Origin: the human T2T-CHM13v2.0 reference genome, Homo sapiens
Assembly: GCF_009914755.1 (NCBI RefSeq)
Contig: NC_060933.1
Length of the DNA stretch: 64,000 bases
Strand: one strand, 5' to 3'
The first letter of the stretch is position 1; each line of letters starts with the position of its first letter. Below, piece by piece: positions 35,028 through 54,256 of the stretch. The notes under the pieces are model-generated. The model saw nothing but the letters and a program-made list of their open reading frames with translations. It was not told the origin of the DNA and did not search any database. Made by a program: the position numbers and the translations under genes.

Positions 35028-38000
35028 CTGTCAGTGTTTCCTAGCCAGAAATCTGGGTTTATCATTTAGGAAAAATGCTTAACTGAGAGCTGCTTGCAAT
35101 TATTTTCTTCATATGTCCAAATAGTATCCAGATAATAATTTGATTTCAAGTAAAAAACTAAGTTCACTTTCCTAGCCAGCTACATGGACTACAGGCCTGC
35201 CTCAAACACCTACTTGCTGACTGAATAGGGAGAGATGACTTTGGAGATTATTACTAGTCTAGCAGTATATTGTTAGATGTCTGGAAAAAGAAATTCATTT
35301 AAGGTATACTATTTGTGAATATCCCACATTAAAGTGCTTAAATGAGATTAATATGAATGGCCCATGAGGACAAAAAAATAGCATAGGCTAAAAATTGAGG
35401 CAGTGTGTCTTTTCATACTTCATTATCTTCAAAAAGAATATTTCAAGTTCTAATATTTAAATTATCACATTGCAGTGTCTCAGCATGAGAACTGAATGTG
35501 AAGTTATGCTATTTACTGGCATTTTACTTTCTGAAAGTAAACAAATACAAATAGCACAAATGCAAAAAGATTTTAGAACATACCTTCACTAATTTTTTTT
35601 AACTGCTAGAAGTTTGGTTGGTAGTAAATTTATGCAGACGGATCACCAGCAAATGGGATCCAGATCATTAGCTTTATTCCTGGACTTAATAAATTGGCAA
35701 CATCCCACCAAATGTGCATTCTCTGCTAATAGCTGGCCTGCAGAACACTGCTTGGATCCTTTACCAAAATTAGTATTTCTATTCCCACCCTGACTTTAGA
35801 CCTTGACTTCTCTCTATAGAAAGAGCTGGGTCAGTGGAACAATTTCCAAGTCAGTGTAACTAAATTGCCATCACAATCATGCCACACATGCTCCGGTTGT
35901 CAGAGTAGAAGGGAGAAAATAGTTTCCTATCCATGGGGTCCCTATAATGGAATAAAAAGTACAGTTGGGTGAAAGGGGAACAGTGTCTTCTGCATTTGAT
36001 CACAGCTGAAGAGGGAGAATGGGTTTAGTGTATTTCCCACATCTCACTTGTAATGAATGATTCGCCTGTAGAATATTGTCCATTGAGTGTTAGGCTCTGA
36101 CCACTGGAAGGAGTGAATAAGAAGAGGAGTGGGTAGAAGCTCACTCAGTACTTTCATCAAGTAAGCAGAAATACTGCCAGAAGCTCCCTCTGTAGGCTGA
36201 AGTTAAGAATGTTAGGAGAGAGGAGAGGACCTTCAACAAAAGCGTGAATGTTTCAGTTTTGAGGACAATATAAAAAAACAGATCTAAATATTTGTTAAGC
36301 ATAGGTCAAATTGTAGTTTTCACCTTAATTTCATTTCTTGGTGTTTATGTCTTACAGAAATGCAATCTCCTGTTGTACAAATATGCCTAATCATAAAACA
36401 GTTGCGGACAGTACTGTATTTCAAAGTGTATTTCAAGTTATTCACTGGGGCTTTTGTGACAGATTCTTTCAAATGATCATGCTTTTTGAAAAATAGTTCC
36501 TTTTATGAACAGATAAATATATGTCTACCAAATACAAAACTTCTAATGTATGGAATCAACTGGTGTGCAATCTTTTTTTTTCCAAAGACATATTTTTGCC
36601 TAAAGGAAAATAAGGCTTTGAGGCTCTTTTTCCCTCTCCCTTTCTATAAAAAGAGAAATGATGATATTAAAGAAAGATAGAAACAATAAGATACTTTATC
36701 TTCAAAGTGCTTGATAAATTCACAGAAGAAAATAGTTTCTATATTCACCCATTACAGATTAAGAACAAAAGAGATTGGGAAAAGATCTGTTAACTTTTTT
36801 CTATGTGACTGGGAAAATATCTGGTTTAACGTCTTTAAATTTAATTGGCAGTTATGAAGATTGGTTTGCGATTACTTCTTCTTTACTCGTATTACAGTTT
36901 CTCTGCATTCATATCAGAGATGGTGCCTTCCTTTCTCCCTCTCTCTCTCTCTTCCCTCATTGCCTCCCTCCATCTCTTAGTTAATTGTTTTTAAACTAAA
37001 TCTTACAATTCCATTTCTTTAATCAGTCATAGAAGTGTCACCTGAGACCAAACTTCCTTAAGTAGAATTGTAATGCTGAATTTTGTCAAACATCTGTTTA
37101 ATTAGTACCAGCTGATTCCAAGATTTACCACTGCTCTGTTGCCAACACATTTATTTGAGCCTACATAATTCCATGTAGTGAGTTATGAAGAAGCTGCAAT
37201 GAATGTTTAGATTTATTTTTAGGTTATGGTACTGTATATTATTGAAAAGCTTCCAAGAAGCTTAGTTATATTACTTTACTCAACATCACTCTTTAGATCT
37301 TCTATTGAAATCCTTTCTGCCAATTTTGTAATTGACAAAAGTCACCGTTCTTGAAATAGAGGAATAGAAACTTAGAAGCTGTATAGTATTGTGTATCTTT
37401 TGGATACCTTTCTGTTTTGAGAGAATTCTAGAAAAAAAAATTATTTTCCAATTTAAGACATTTCTTGAAATTGGGCCCTTTCAAAGAAATATCTTCAGAA
37501 TTTGAAACTCTGCCTTCTAATCATTGCTCAGAATAACTTCTTAAACCTCTCTTGCATTTATACAATATATATGCAGTAAAATTTGAACCTAAATGAAAGT
37601 GGAGCCATGGGAGTTTTCAGTTTTACTAGCTGGGTATATTCTATGTAAATGCATGGACAACAGTTTTTCCTAGATTATCTGGCTTTTCATTTATTCCTTT
37701 CCTGGTTTTTCACAAACAGCATGGTACATGAAGTGATACCATAAAAGCTTTGCATGCATGCATATGTGCACACACACACTAAAAATTTTTACCTTATTAA
37801 ATTTAGTAACACTTGACACAAAATTGAATCATTGTGGTCAGTTTAAAAAACGGTAATCGTCTTCATATCATTGGGTTATGCAAGGGTGATTGGTAATATT
37901 TCTCTAAGTTTGAAACCAGTTAGGAAATAAGACAAAAAAAAACTGATAAGAGGCCAAATAATGATAAAAGCATATTGGAAAAGATGGCTTTTGTTATTGG

Positions 38001-38620
38001 GCAAGTTTCCCAATACTAAATACCTAGAATTAGACAGACAAATTCACCCAGGCATGATCAGCAGGGGCTGCCTCAGGTGATGGGCAGGGGGAGCCTCTTT
38101 CAGTGAAAGTTATGGTACAGAGGGAAAGAACAGAATATATGTTATCTGTGGGCAAGCAAGCTGTGAGAAAAAGCAGAAAGTCTGGTTTCTCCTTTCAAAC
38201 CCATTATCAGATAAGTCATATCATTTTCCTAGGAGAAATAAGGGAATGGAGAGGCAAAGAGTAATCCTGGTAGTACTTGTTTCATATCAGGTACAGAGAA
38301 GAGTCCTTTCTTTCCTTCCTTTAACACTTACATTAAAATCTTTGTTTTGTAATTCCAGCTTTAATGATAGTAATTAAAAAATCAATTAAATTAACTTTTT
38401 AAACATTTTCTATCTCTGGTACTACAGTAGTTTCATGACTTAAGATACAGATTCCACAGAATTTGTTTGTTTGTGTAGCACGTGGGAATGATTTTCGGAA
38501 ACATTAAGAAACAAAATTCCTTAGAAAAGAAATAGAATGATTAATATACAAGGTCTCAACTGATTAATAGTAATGCTGAGACTGTATAATATGCTGATCT
38601 CTTAAATCTCAGTTCTGTGT

Positions 38621-39040
<420 letters not shown>

Positions 39041-40012
39041 CTACATATATCTAATTAACATTCAAATAAGTTTAATAATTATTAAGTATTACTATGTCCT
39101 AAGCATTTTTGCTAGGCACTGGGGATACAGTGTTGAGCAAAACAGCCTTGTCTATGTCTGATATATTGTTAACTATACTGGTTACTGTGGAGAAAAAAAC
39201 TTTTGTTGGATATATTGTATGTAAATATAAAAGGGACAACAGTTTTTACTTGTTTTTTATTATTTTGTGTGACCATGCAGCCCCAAGTAAATAGCTGAGT
39301 TCCCTTTCTAAACTTGTGCTTGCATAAAAAAAAAAGACAAAAGAGATACCTTATATATAGGTTTAAGTTGGTAGCATGTATGAAATCATCATGGAGAAAG
39401 ACCCCATTGCTAGAAGTATTTCTCTGGTCTCTTTGTGTCTGAATTTCTGCCATTACAACTTTCTTTGGAGTAAAGGTTTATAGAATTGCAGCCTAGTTGT
39501 ATTTGTTAGCAGGCAAACTCTGAGAATTCCTTGCCCTATAGAGGCATATAGAGAAAACTTGGAACAACGATTATGAAGTAGTGAAAGAGATCTCTGAAGA
39601 AAAATTAGAGAGTAAATTTGACATGTACAAGAAAACCATGAAGGAAGTTGTCCCATGAAGGAGATTGGTTGCTCTAGTTGATGAGTATCAGACTGAATGA
39701 AAGTGGAGGTGTGTTTTGATAATCTTAAGGTAAGAATAAAACATTTATAGTCACCTGGAATTTGTTCGAAGTGTTAAATTTTCCTCCTAAAAGGTGATTT
39801 TTGTGGGGTCTGGATTTTCTACTATAATTCTAACATCACATGAAAGCTTATGTGAACTATACACATAAATTTTCTATAGTTTGTGTTTTGGTGAATATGA
39901 ACTAATCTGTTGCAGGGTTTATATCCTAACTTTTCTTGCATGTCACTGCCATTGAAACTTGCATGAAAAGCACTAACTTGCCTTCTTTCTCTTCTCCCTG
40001 ATTGGCTCCAAG

Positions 40013-40035
40013 GCTGCCAGACAGATCAAGGATAG
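40013..40035 (+). CDS. FSD1L: FSD1L exon 6, 23-nt microexon (AARQIKDR)
   Basis: Branch point CACTAAC 39971-39977, pyrimidine tract, caag|GCT ... AG|gtatgg; phase 0/2, required to keep exon 7 in frame. Confidence 0.92.
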
Positions 40036-40953
40036 GTATGGTATAAAACACATTTTTACTTAAGTATAAATATTGAAGTCAGAAATGAAATTCAGAAATA
40101 GTTTTTTAATTAAAATTGTGTTAGTTAAGATAAAAGTACCCAATGACCAAGTACAAAATAAAATGTCCTCTGTGTATTTTCTTGGAATAACCATTGTATC
40201 AATAAAATTTTTTAAAAGCATAGTTGTGGATAATTATGTGCTTCAGAAGAATTTCATTTCTGGTGTAGAAATATAGTTAGTTTTAGTTTTAGAACAGTTC
40301 TTAATTAGTTGTACTAATGAAAAGGGAACTATTTTGAATAACTTAAAAATATATATTTCTGGAATGTGTTTTTTGTTGTTAAATTTAAATGTAAGTGGGT
40401 CTTATTTTCTTTGAACTCACTCATTTTAAGTAGTCCTCAAGAACTAAAGCGCTCCTATTTCACTGCCCTCCTGTTTAACACCTTGTATTCTCATTCCATC
40501 CTGTTCCTGGTGCCATCTCTTTCTATTTCTAATGCCACCACTATCTAGTTAATATTCTGTGGGAAGAGAAAATTAAAGAAAATTATTAAAGGTTTTGGTT
40601 TAAAAGTTCTTTCTTATTGGTAGAGCCAGGCTTAAGAAAAGGAATTTAGTACTTGTAATGAACATAGATTGCTAAAGGAGTTGCTGGCAACATTTGGATT
40701 GCATTAACACAGAAGGAACAGTTTGGATCTGCCTGTCTAGTCACTGAGTATTGTCTGTATTGAGATTATAGCAAGTTTTTTCATCTGAGGGTCATGAGAT
40801 TCTCTGAAAGGCACAGCTCTTCAAAGTGCCACTCCAAATCCTAGATTAAATTATTCTTCATCAGATAATTCACAAAAATTTTCATTATAGATTATGTGAA
40901 AAACAGTGCCTCTATTGTTAATCTTGGCTGACAGTTTTACTTCTGGGTTTCTC

Positions 40954-41251
40954 TTTTTTTTTTTTTTTTGAGGCAGAGTCTTGCTCTAGCACCCAGGCTG
41001 GAGTGCAGTGGTGCGATCTTGTCACACTGCAACCTCTGCCTCATGGGCTCAAGTGATCCTCCACCTCATCCTCCTGAATAGGTGGGACTACAGGCATGTG
41101 CCACCACACCCAGCTAATTTTTGTATTTTTTGTAGAAACAGGGTCTTGCTATTTTGCCCAGGCTGGTCTGGAATGCCTAAGCTCAAGCTATCCGCCCAAC
41201 TTGGCCTCCCAAAGTGGTGGGATTACAGGTGTGAGCCATTGTGCCTGGTCC
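40954..41251 (-). mobile_element. Alu (AluJ-type)
   Basis: Reverse dimer. Confidence 0.9.
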
Positions 41252-41785
41252 TGTATTAATTTTTATATTTTTTGTATATTTTACATCAGGCAGTAGCTAA
41301 AGACATGGATCATTCTTATAAATCCTGGATCTAGAAAGATGATTGTGAAAGTTTGAAGGTGAAAAATATTAGCTGTGTGAGGAATGGATGCTAGATAGGT
41401 CAGTTTTGTGGATAAGGTAGATTTGGGTTGTGTCTGGAAATTGCTATGAGTCATCCATCTTCCTCCCTGGGTATATTATACTTACTGTTTAGCTACCTAT
41501 CCCACTGCATCCTGCTCTAGTTCCTAATTTTCTGAATTAGAAGTTACTTCCTAATCATGACCTTGCAAAATCTGTCCTTTTTTCAAGATTCTATATGGCT
41601 CTTTGCATCACAGAATCTTGTCTGTATCCTTAAACTCTTTGTCTTTGCCCAGATTTGTTTATCAGAATTTAATTTCATGACCAATTTCAATGGCTGTATT
41701 CTTCACTGAAGCTTGGGTTTTTTGCGTCTTCTAAGCCAGCCTCTTGGCTTGATTTCATAAGTATCCAGGTGATCTCAGGAATTAG

Positions 41786-42263
<478 letters not shown>

Positions 42264-42402
42264 TGATGTTTAGCTTTATAATGTTCAGGTTTCTCTGATG
42301 TAGTTTTTGGTACTCGCCAAAAGTGAGCTTTTAGAATTCCATTATTGTCATTTAAAATATAAAAATAATTTAAACGTAGTCATAATAAAATAATTACTGT
42401 AG

Positions 42403-42725
<323 letters not shown>

Positions 42726-44984
42726 TAGGATTATCTTTTTATAAGGGCATAGATGGAGTTTAAGGGAGAATGTGTAACATATCTGAGCAAGAAATCAAAT
42801 ATAAAAAATGAAAATGTCTGTGAAAACTCATCATTTATCATTTGCTATGGTAGAAGTTACACAGAGGAACAGCAGGATTAAGAGAGAAAACTCAAGATAG
42901 AAATAAGATAATAGCACATCTCTATAACTTTATAGAATTACTGGCATGTACTTCTGGGGACTTAATAATATTGGAATATGATTAGTTGAGGTATATTGCA
43001 GGAGTTATTGGTTCTTGAAAGAGAGGGGTTATGAAAGAGTCAAGTTAATTAGGTAGTTTGAGGAAATGAAAACTATGTTTTGTAGTTATTTTCTCTTTGC
43101 AAAAATCAGGAGCGAAGGATCCTTGAATTTACCTTGTGCTGGTAGAAATGAACTAAGAAAATCAAGGGGAATTAAAGCATACCTAGCCTTCTGGATCCTG
43201 TAGTGTAGAGAATTATCTAATGAATTTTAGATGTTTAGTTTGGGCTTTGAGGCACATGTCTAAATACATGAAGTTAAAAATTAAAGTTCAGTCTTCTGAA
43301 AGATTGTAGCATTGTTGCCCATCTAAATTGATTCATGGAAACTTAAGTTTTCATTGACTAAAAAATAAGAGTTGTTCTTGTTTTTTTTAAAGCTTTGATA
43401 AGCCTTTCTAATGCATTTATGGGGCATATTCTTTTTCTTTGATGTCATGGTGATTGAATCAAATCTTACAGGTTTAAGGTTTAAAATTCTCTAAAATACT
43501 TTCGGATTTTTTTTCTCAACATTTCTCAGTAAACATTTAAATATCTAGTCAGGTTTTGAATAAACCAAGTAGGTTCTAACCTATGCACTGATTCAGTGAG
43601 CATTTAGTAAGTACGTATCTGACTATAGCTCTTTCAGATGTCCTCGAATCAAAAGATACTTGGGGCTGTAAAGAATAACATATGTAGGACTTAGTATTTG
43701 TTCCTTTTTATTGAAATTGTATTATTTGAGAGACGGGTTAGTGTAGTATGCATGAAATACTCAGCATTATACTTGGCATATAGTAAGCAGTCAGTGTGAA
43801 TTCCCTTTGCTGTAAATTATATTTCAGTATAGCACTTTCTTCTTGATAAACACATCAACTGTTGTTTACTCATTGTTACTATTAAATTATTACTAGTTTT
43901 AAAATGAAGTAAAATAACTAAATACAGAAATAGCTTGACATTTTTCATCCTAAAATAAGTGAATATAGCAAGTTTGACATCTTTCATTTCATTGACTTCT
44001 TGGGTAGATTTGGCAGATCCAATTGATTTGGCAGATACAATTGACTAGGCCTAGTATTCCCCTTGTCCCACCAGCTCTGTTTCCTTCCCCTTCCAAATTG
44101 TGTACTAGGAGGACAGTGTTCACCTGTAGTACTTCTGATCATTCTTGAACCAAAGATAGTAAGGGGCTTACTTTGTGATACTTGTGGAAATTTATTGGAA
44201 TATGAAAAATTGAAATTTGAGATAAAATTAAAAATTAATAGAATAAGAGGATTTCTTTTAATCTTCAGTTTTAATGGACTACAGATTCTCTGTACTTTGG
44301 ATAAAGTGGCTTCATTCTTTTTTTGTTTTTCCCTCCACATTCATCTAGTAAATGTTTATTGAATTCCTGTTACTTCCATGGCATATACTTTTTCACAGGG
44401 CTGTTTCTTACAGTAGGCTTCCCTATAGCTGATGTTGATAGATCAGAGTGACAGCTAGTGTGGTATTCATTGATAGTGATTTCACTTCTCTCTTTTCTTA
44501 TCCATGGCCTATCTTTAGCAACTACCAAACTATACAATATTAGGTCAATCTACCTCTACTCTTATTTGAGGGTACATGGGATAGCTCTTATTACTAGGGA
44601 GAATATTTGAATCAAGGTGTGATTCAAATGAATATAAATGAATTTAAGTTCATTATCTGGCATATGAAAAGGAGTAAGGCTGGCATCAGGAAGTCAGTAA
44701 GATTGAGTGTACAGAGGTTCAGATGAATGTTGAGTCTGGTAAGGATTATTTTTATTGGATATTTGTTGTTATTCATATATATGCAATTTAATAAAAATTG
44801 GCTGGGAGGAAAGTTGCTAACCAGTTGTCTTAAATGTCTTTAAAAAGACATTTTGTAGTTTTTTATTTAGTTAATTTTGAAGACTAAGATTAAATTTCTA
44901 TTTCACTTTTAACTTTTATTATAGTCTCTGAAATTATTAGTGATATAATTTGTCTTTTCATTTTATAAATTAAATATGATTTGA

Positions 44985-45173
<189 letters not shown>

Positions 45174-45791
45174 TAAAGTTTTGTATAAAACTTTTTTTTT
45201 TCTACAAGATTTTTTTGCAGTGAACATTGGTTTGTAAATATTAAGGAAGTATAGTGTGATTTTTTTTTCATTCAGCTAAGGAATAATTAAATTTGCTAGT
45301 TTTTTTTTATTTTTAGAGATTTTATTGGTAGTAAAAATTGCATTTTCAGAATCCTATCAAGGGATCTCTTATTGTTAGCTTGGCAGAGGGAAGCAGTATG
45401 GTGTGATGGTTAGCAGTGGGTCTCAAGGCCAGACTTCTTAGGTTTGAATCCTATTGCTTACTTGCTATGTAATCTTGAACAATTTACTTAACTTGCTTCA
45501 TTTTTAACATCTTTAAAATGCGATGTTATTCTTCTAGGGTGTTTATAAGGATTAAATAAATTGATACCTCTAAAATATTTATAATAGTACCTGCACATAG
45601 TTAAAATTCAGTGAATGTTAGGTGTTATCATTATTATTATTGTGGTTGTTGGCTCAGATGGAACTTTATCTTCAGTAATATGTTAACATTATTTTATTAA
45701 AGTATTAACATGAGGATATTGCAGTAGCCAAAACCATTTGTGATTGAGTCCTAAATTATTCACATATGTAAAAGAGCCAATTAAGAACCAA

Positions 45792-46150
45792 TCTTAGTCT
45801 GTTTTGTGTTGCCATAACAGAAGGCCTGAGACTGGGTAATTTATATAAAGAAAAGAGGTTCTCTAGGCTGAGAAGTTCAAGACTGGGCAGCAATATCTGG
45901 CAGCTTCTGGTGATAGCCTCATGCTATGTCAAAACATGATGGAGCATAGAAGGGGAACCAGACACATGCAAAAAAGGCAAAACAAGAGAGTTAACCTCAC
46001 TTTGTAAGAACCTTCTTTCACAAGAACTAACCCAGTCTTTTGAGAAAGACATTAATCCATTGTAATGACCTAATCACCTCTTAAAGGCACCACTTCCCAA
46101 CACTGCCATATTGGTGACCAAACTTCAACATGAGTTTGCTGGGGACAAGT
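45792..46150 (-). mobile_element. MST-family MaLR LTR
   Basis: tcttagtctgttttgtgttgccataacagaa ... ctgagactgggtaatttata ... atgacctaatcacctcttaaagg. Confidence 0.75.
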
Positions 46151-46254
46151 CAGGAATATGACTTAACAACCTTTTGGTTAGGTGTTTTTTTTTTTTTTTT
46201 TTTTTTTTGCATCATGTTGCTGATAACTAAAACTATTTAGATATGGTGATTTGA

Positions 46255-46580
<326 letters not shown>

Positions 46581-49470
46581 ACAAGTACTTTTTTTTTTGG
46601 AGTCTGTTTTTGAATAGAGAATGTTGATTATATGGAACCATTCCTTTTTTCCTTGAATATATGGTCAGTGACTTTAAAATACGATTGGAAAAACAAGTTA
46701 GTAGTTCTCACACTGTAATGGAACCTAGGAAGGGGGTAGCACAAGTGAAATACTAATTTGTGTGATATAGATTAGAAGCTCTAGAGGAGTTCATAAAATG
46801 AAAAGATGAGAGAAGGAACTGTAGTTGTAGAGGAAGAAAGTGTACTTGTCATTGGCTGTTTACCTAAACATTGGCCTTTCAGAATTTCTATATTTTCATT
46901 CACAGGGCTCTACTTAAGAGTAAAACTGATATTAAAGCAGGAATAAATATTTTTAAAAGTTTTATTTTGATTACCGTATAATTTAAAATGGTTTGTTCTT
47001 TTCAATCTGACATGTAGAATTTCATTGGTAAGAAGCTGGATTTTATTTTAGTTTTGAAAATTTGAGGTGGCACAGGTTACCAGTTAACTGATGTTTTACT
47101 TTTAAGTAGAACACTTTCATGTTCACTCTTGGGAGATAGGGACTTAAATTTCAGACTGGGGAATATATCTCCAAATGTGAACTTTCTTACTTAAGAAAGG
47201 AAAATAGGAAATATGTTTAGAAGTCACATTAACCATATGTCTCTACTTACCACCAGTATGACCCTAAAACTTCAGAATTTCACCCTTCTTCATATAGCTA
47301 TCAGATGTAGAACATTCCTAATATAATTTCCATCTGAGTGGAGAGCAAAGAAAAATTTCAGCAACTTAGAGAGGAAAGTTGTCCTTTCCTGCTTATCTGT
47401 TTACATATTAAAGTTACTTTAGTATTTTTGTTGGAAAAAAATATATGCATGTGGTAAACAGTTAAAGTAGTACAAAAGAGTATAAAGTAGCCCTCTCATC
47501 TCAGACTTCCAATTTTCTTCCCTAGGAGCTACCAACATTAACTAGCATGTGCTTATCTTTCTAGAAACAGTCTATGCCTGTAAAAGTGTCATCATATAGA
47601 CAGAATCATGTAATTGGTAATTTTTGGCGATATCATGTGATTAAACCTAACATATAATTCACCTCCTTTAAAAAGATGGAAGCATATAGTACAGCAAGAA
47701 CTCAAAAAAAGGAAGCATACATATACATTGTTATATAATTTTGCTTTGCCACTTAACAGTATGTAGGAGTTCATTCCAGATCACTGTACATCACTTTATT
47801 TTTTTTCATGACTAGATAGTATGAATGTAATTAGTTCTTGATGAGTATTTAGGTTTATAGTCTTTTCATTAGAAACAATGCTGAAATGATCAAATACTTG
47901 TATATATTTGCAGAGAGGTGCCACTATCTCTTGAGGACAAATTCCTGGAAGTGGAAGTACATTTTTATTTTAAATTTGGGTAGATTTTAAGTTGTCAAAG
48001 AGATTTCACAGTTATATGTACTGGAAAATATTTGAATGCCTGTATTGTTATACTGCTGCAAACACTGCTGTCAGGTTTTTTTTTTTTCCTATTCTAATAG
48101 GTGACAAATGTGTTATGATTGTTTTAATTTTCATTTCTTTAAGTATGAATGAGTTTGTGCTTTTGTCATATTTTCATAAGCCACTTTAAAAATGAGCTCC
48201 CTATTTATGAATTTTGTCAAATTTTCATGGGATTGTTAGTCTTTTTATTAATGATATGTAGGGTAGGACCTTTTAATGTATTAAGGAAGTCAACCTTTGT
48301 CCTATGTGGTGTATATCCTTGCTCACCTTGATCATTTGCCTGTTGAATTTATGGTGATTTTTTTTCCTAGCAAAATTTTTAATTTTAGTGCAGTCAAATA
48401 CATCACAATTTTCTTTTGTGACTCTTAGATTTTATAAAGGTCTTACTTAGAAAGACTTCACTATTGCAAGATTGTAAAAATACACATATTTTCTTACATT
48501 TGTAGCTTTTTAAAAATAAACTGTAGTTTTAGAGCAGTTTTAAGTTTACAGTAAAGTTGAATGAAAGGTATGGAGATTTCTCATATACCTTCACACATGC
48601 ATAGCCTTCTTCACTATCAATGTCTCCCACCAGAGTGGTATATTTATTACAATTGATGAACCTACACTGACACATCATTATCACTGAAAAGTCTATAGTT
48701 TACATTGGGGGTTCCCTCCTGGTATTGTACATTTTATGGGTTTGGGCAGATGTATACTGGCATGTATCTGCCATTGTATTACCATACGGAGTATTTTCAC
48801 TGCCCGAAAAATCCGCTGTGCCCCATATTTTCATCGTTCCTTACTCCCAGTCAATGGCAACCACTGATCTATTTACTCTCTCCATAGTTTTGCCTTTTCC
48901 AGAATCTTGTATAGTTGGAATCATATAGTAAGTAGCCTTTTCACATTGCTTTCTTTTACTTAGTAATATGCATTTAAGTTTCCTCCATGTATATTGATGA
49001 CCTGATAGCTCATTTCTTTTTAGTATGGAATAATAGTCCATTGTCTAGATGCGCCATGGTTTATTCATTTATACACTGAAACACATGTTGATTACTTCCA
49101 ACTTTGGGCAGTTATGAATAAGGCTACTATAAACATCTGTATGCACATTTTTGTGTAGACATAAGTTTTCAACTCCTTTGGATAAATGCCGATTACTGAA
49201 TAGTATGGTAAAAGTGTGTTAAATTTTATAGAAGACTACCAAACTGTCTTCCTAAGTGTCTGTATGATTTTGCATTCCCACAAGCAATGAATAGAGTTCT
49301 GTTGCTTCACATTTTCACCAATTGGTGGTATTGTGGTATTTTATTGTTTTTTAAAATTTCAATTTCCCTAATGACATATTATGTGAAGGATCTTTTTATA
49401 TACTTACTGTCTGTATGTCTTTTTTGGTGAGATGTCTGTAAGGTCTTTGGCCTATTTTTTTTACATTGGG

Positions 49471-50150
49471 TTTTTTTTTTTTTTTTTGGTACTACTTATG
49501 TTTTTATTAAGGCATGATATAAAGTTGGAAATCAAGTTCTTCATAAGTACTGATACTGCTAACACAAACCGTGAGGTGATGGCAAATATTATACTATGAA
49601 TTACTCATCATTTTATTCTAAACCTTCTTACAGCCAGAGAAATTTACAATTCCACATGTACAATTTTTTTAAGTTATAATTGTTATCTGTCAATTGAGAA
49701 AAGCATTAAGATTAAGATGACAATGACTATATCAGCTGACTATTATAAATAGACTCTCAGAAACTAAGGACAATGTGTTTACTGACATAGATGTAGAGTA
49801 TTCATAATCTTAAAACTGGCTGAAATGCACCAGGTATACAAATATAGCCAATCCTCCCACCTATTAGGTAAAATGCATGGTGAAGCCTACATATGCCTTT
49901 TTTGGGGCCCACTGATCTACGATAAGAAACTTTTGTAAATATTGCTTTGGAGTTCTGAGTAAAAATTTCTAATCACTGTTTGTGACAAGGTCTTTGTATG
50001 TAGAGTTAATTACTGAAACAGCATGCATATCTCAAATAATACAAATTATATTTAAAGAAATGTTTGGAAGAGCTAAAAATAAACAAAAGAAAGCAAAATA
50101 AAATAGTCTGTAAATTCACCTCAGCCTGCTGAATTCTTTGCAGTTTTATG
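49471..50150 (-). mobile_element. L1 3' transduction (apparently unique DNA) with its own AATAAA and poly(A) tail
   Basis: T17 at 49471-49487; TTTATT at 49503-49508; abuts the L1 3' end; host L1M is interrupted at 49470 and resumes at 56305. Confidence 0.8.
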
Positions 50151-50365
50151 TTTTTTTATTTTATTATTATTATACTTCTAAGTTTTAGGGTACATTTGTA
50201 CAATGTGCAGGTTAGTTACATATGTATACATGTGCCATGCTGGTGTGCTGCACACATTAACTCGTCATTTAGCATTAGGTATATCTCCTAAAGCTATCCC
50301 TCCCCACTCCCCTCACCCCACAACAGTCCCCAGAGTGTGATGTTCCCCTTCATGTGTCCATGTGT

Positions 50366-54193
<3,828 letters not shown>

Positions 54194-54256
54194 TATGATG
54201 TTAGCTGGTGATTTTGCTCGTTAGTTGATGCAGTTTCTTCCTAGCCTCGATGGTCT

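Noticed and set aside
49488-50150. Independent processed pseudogene
   Set aside because: No separate TSD, and the L1 5' end joins host L1M directly, which favours one L1-plus-transduction insertion
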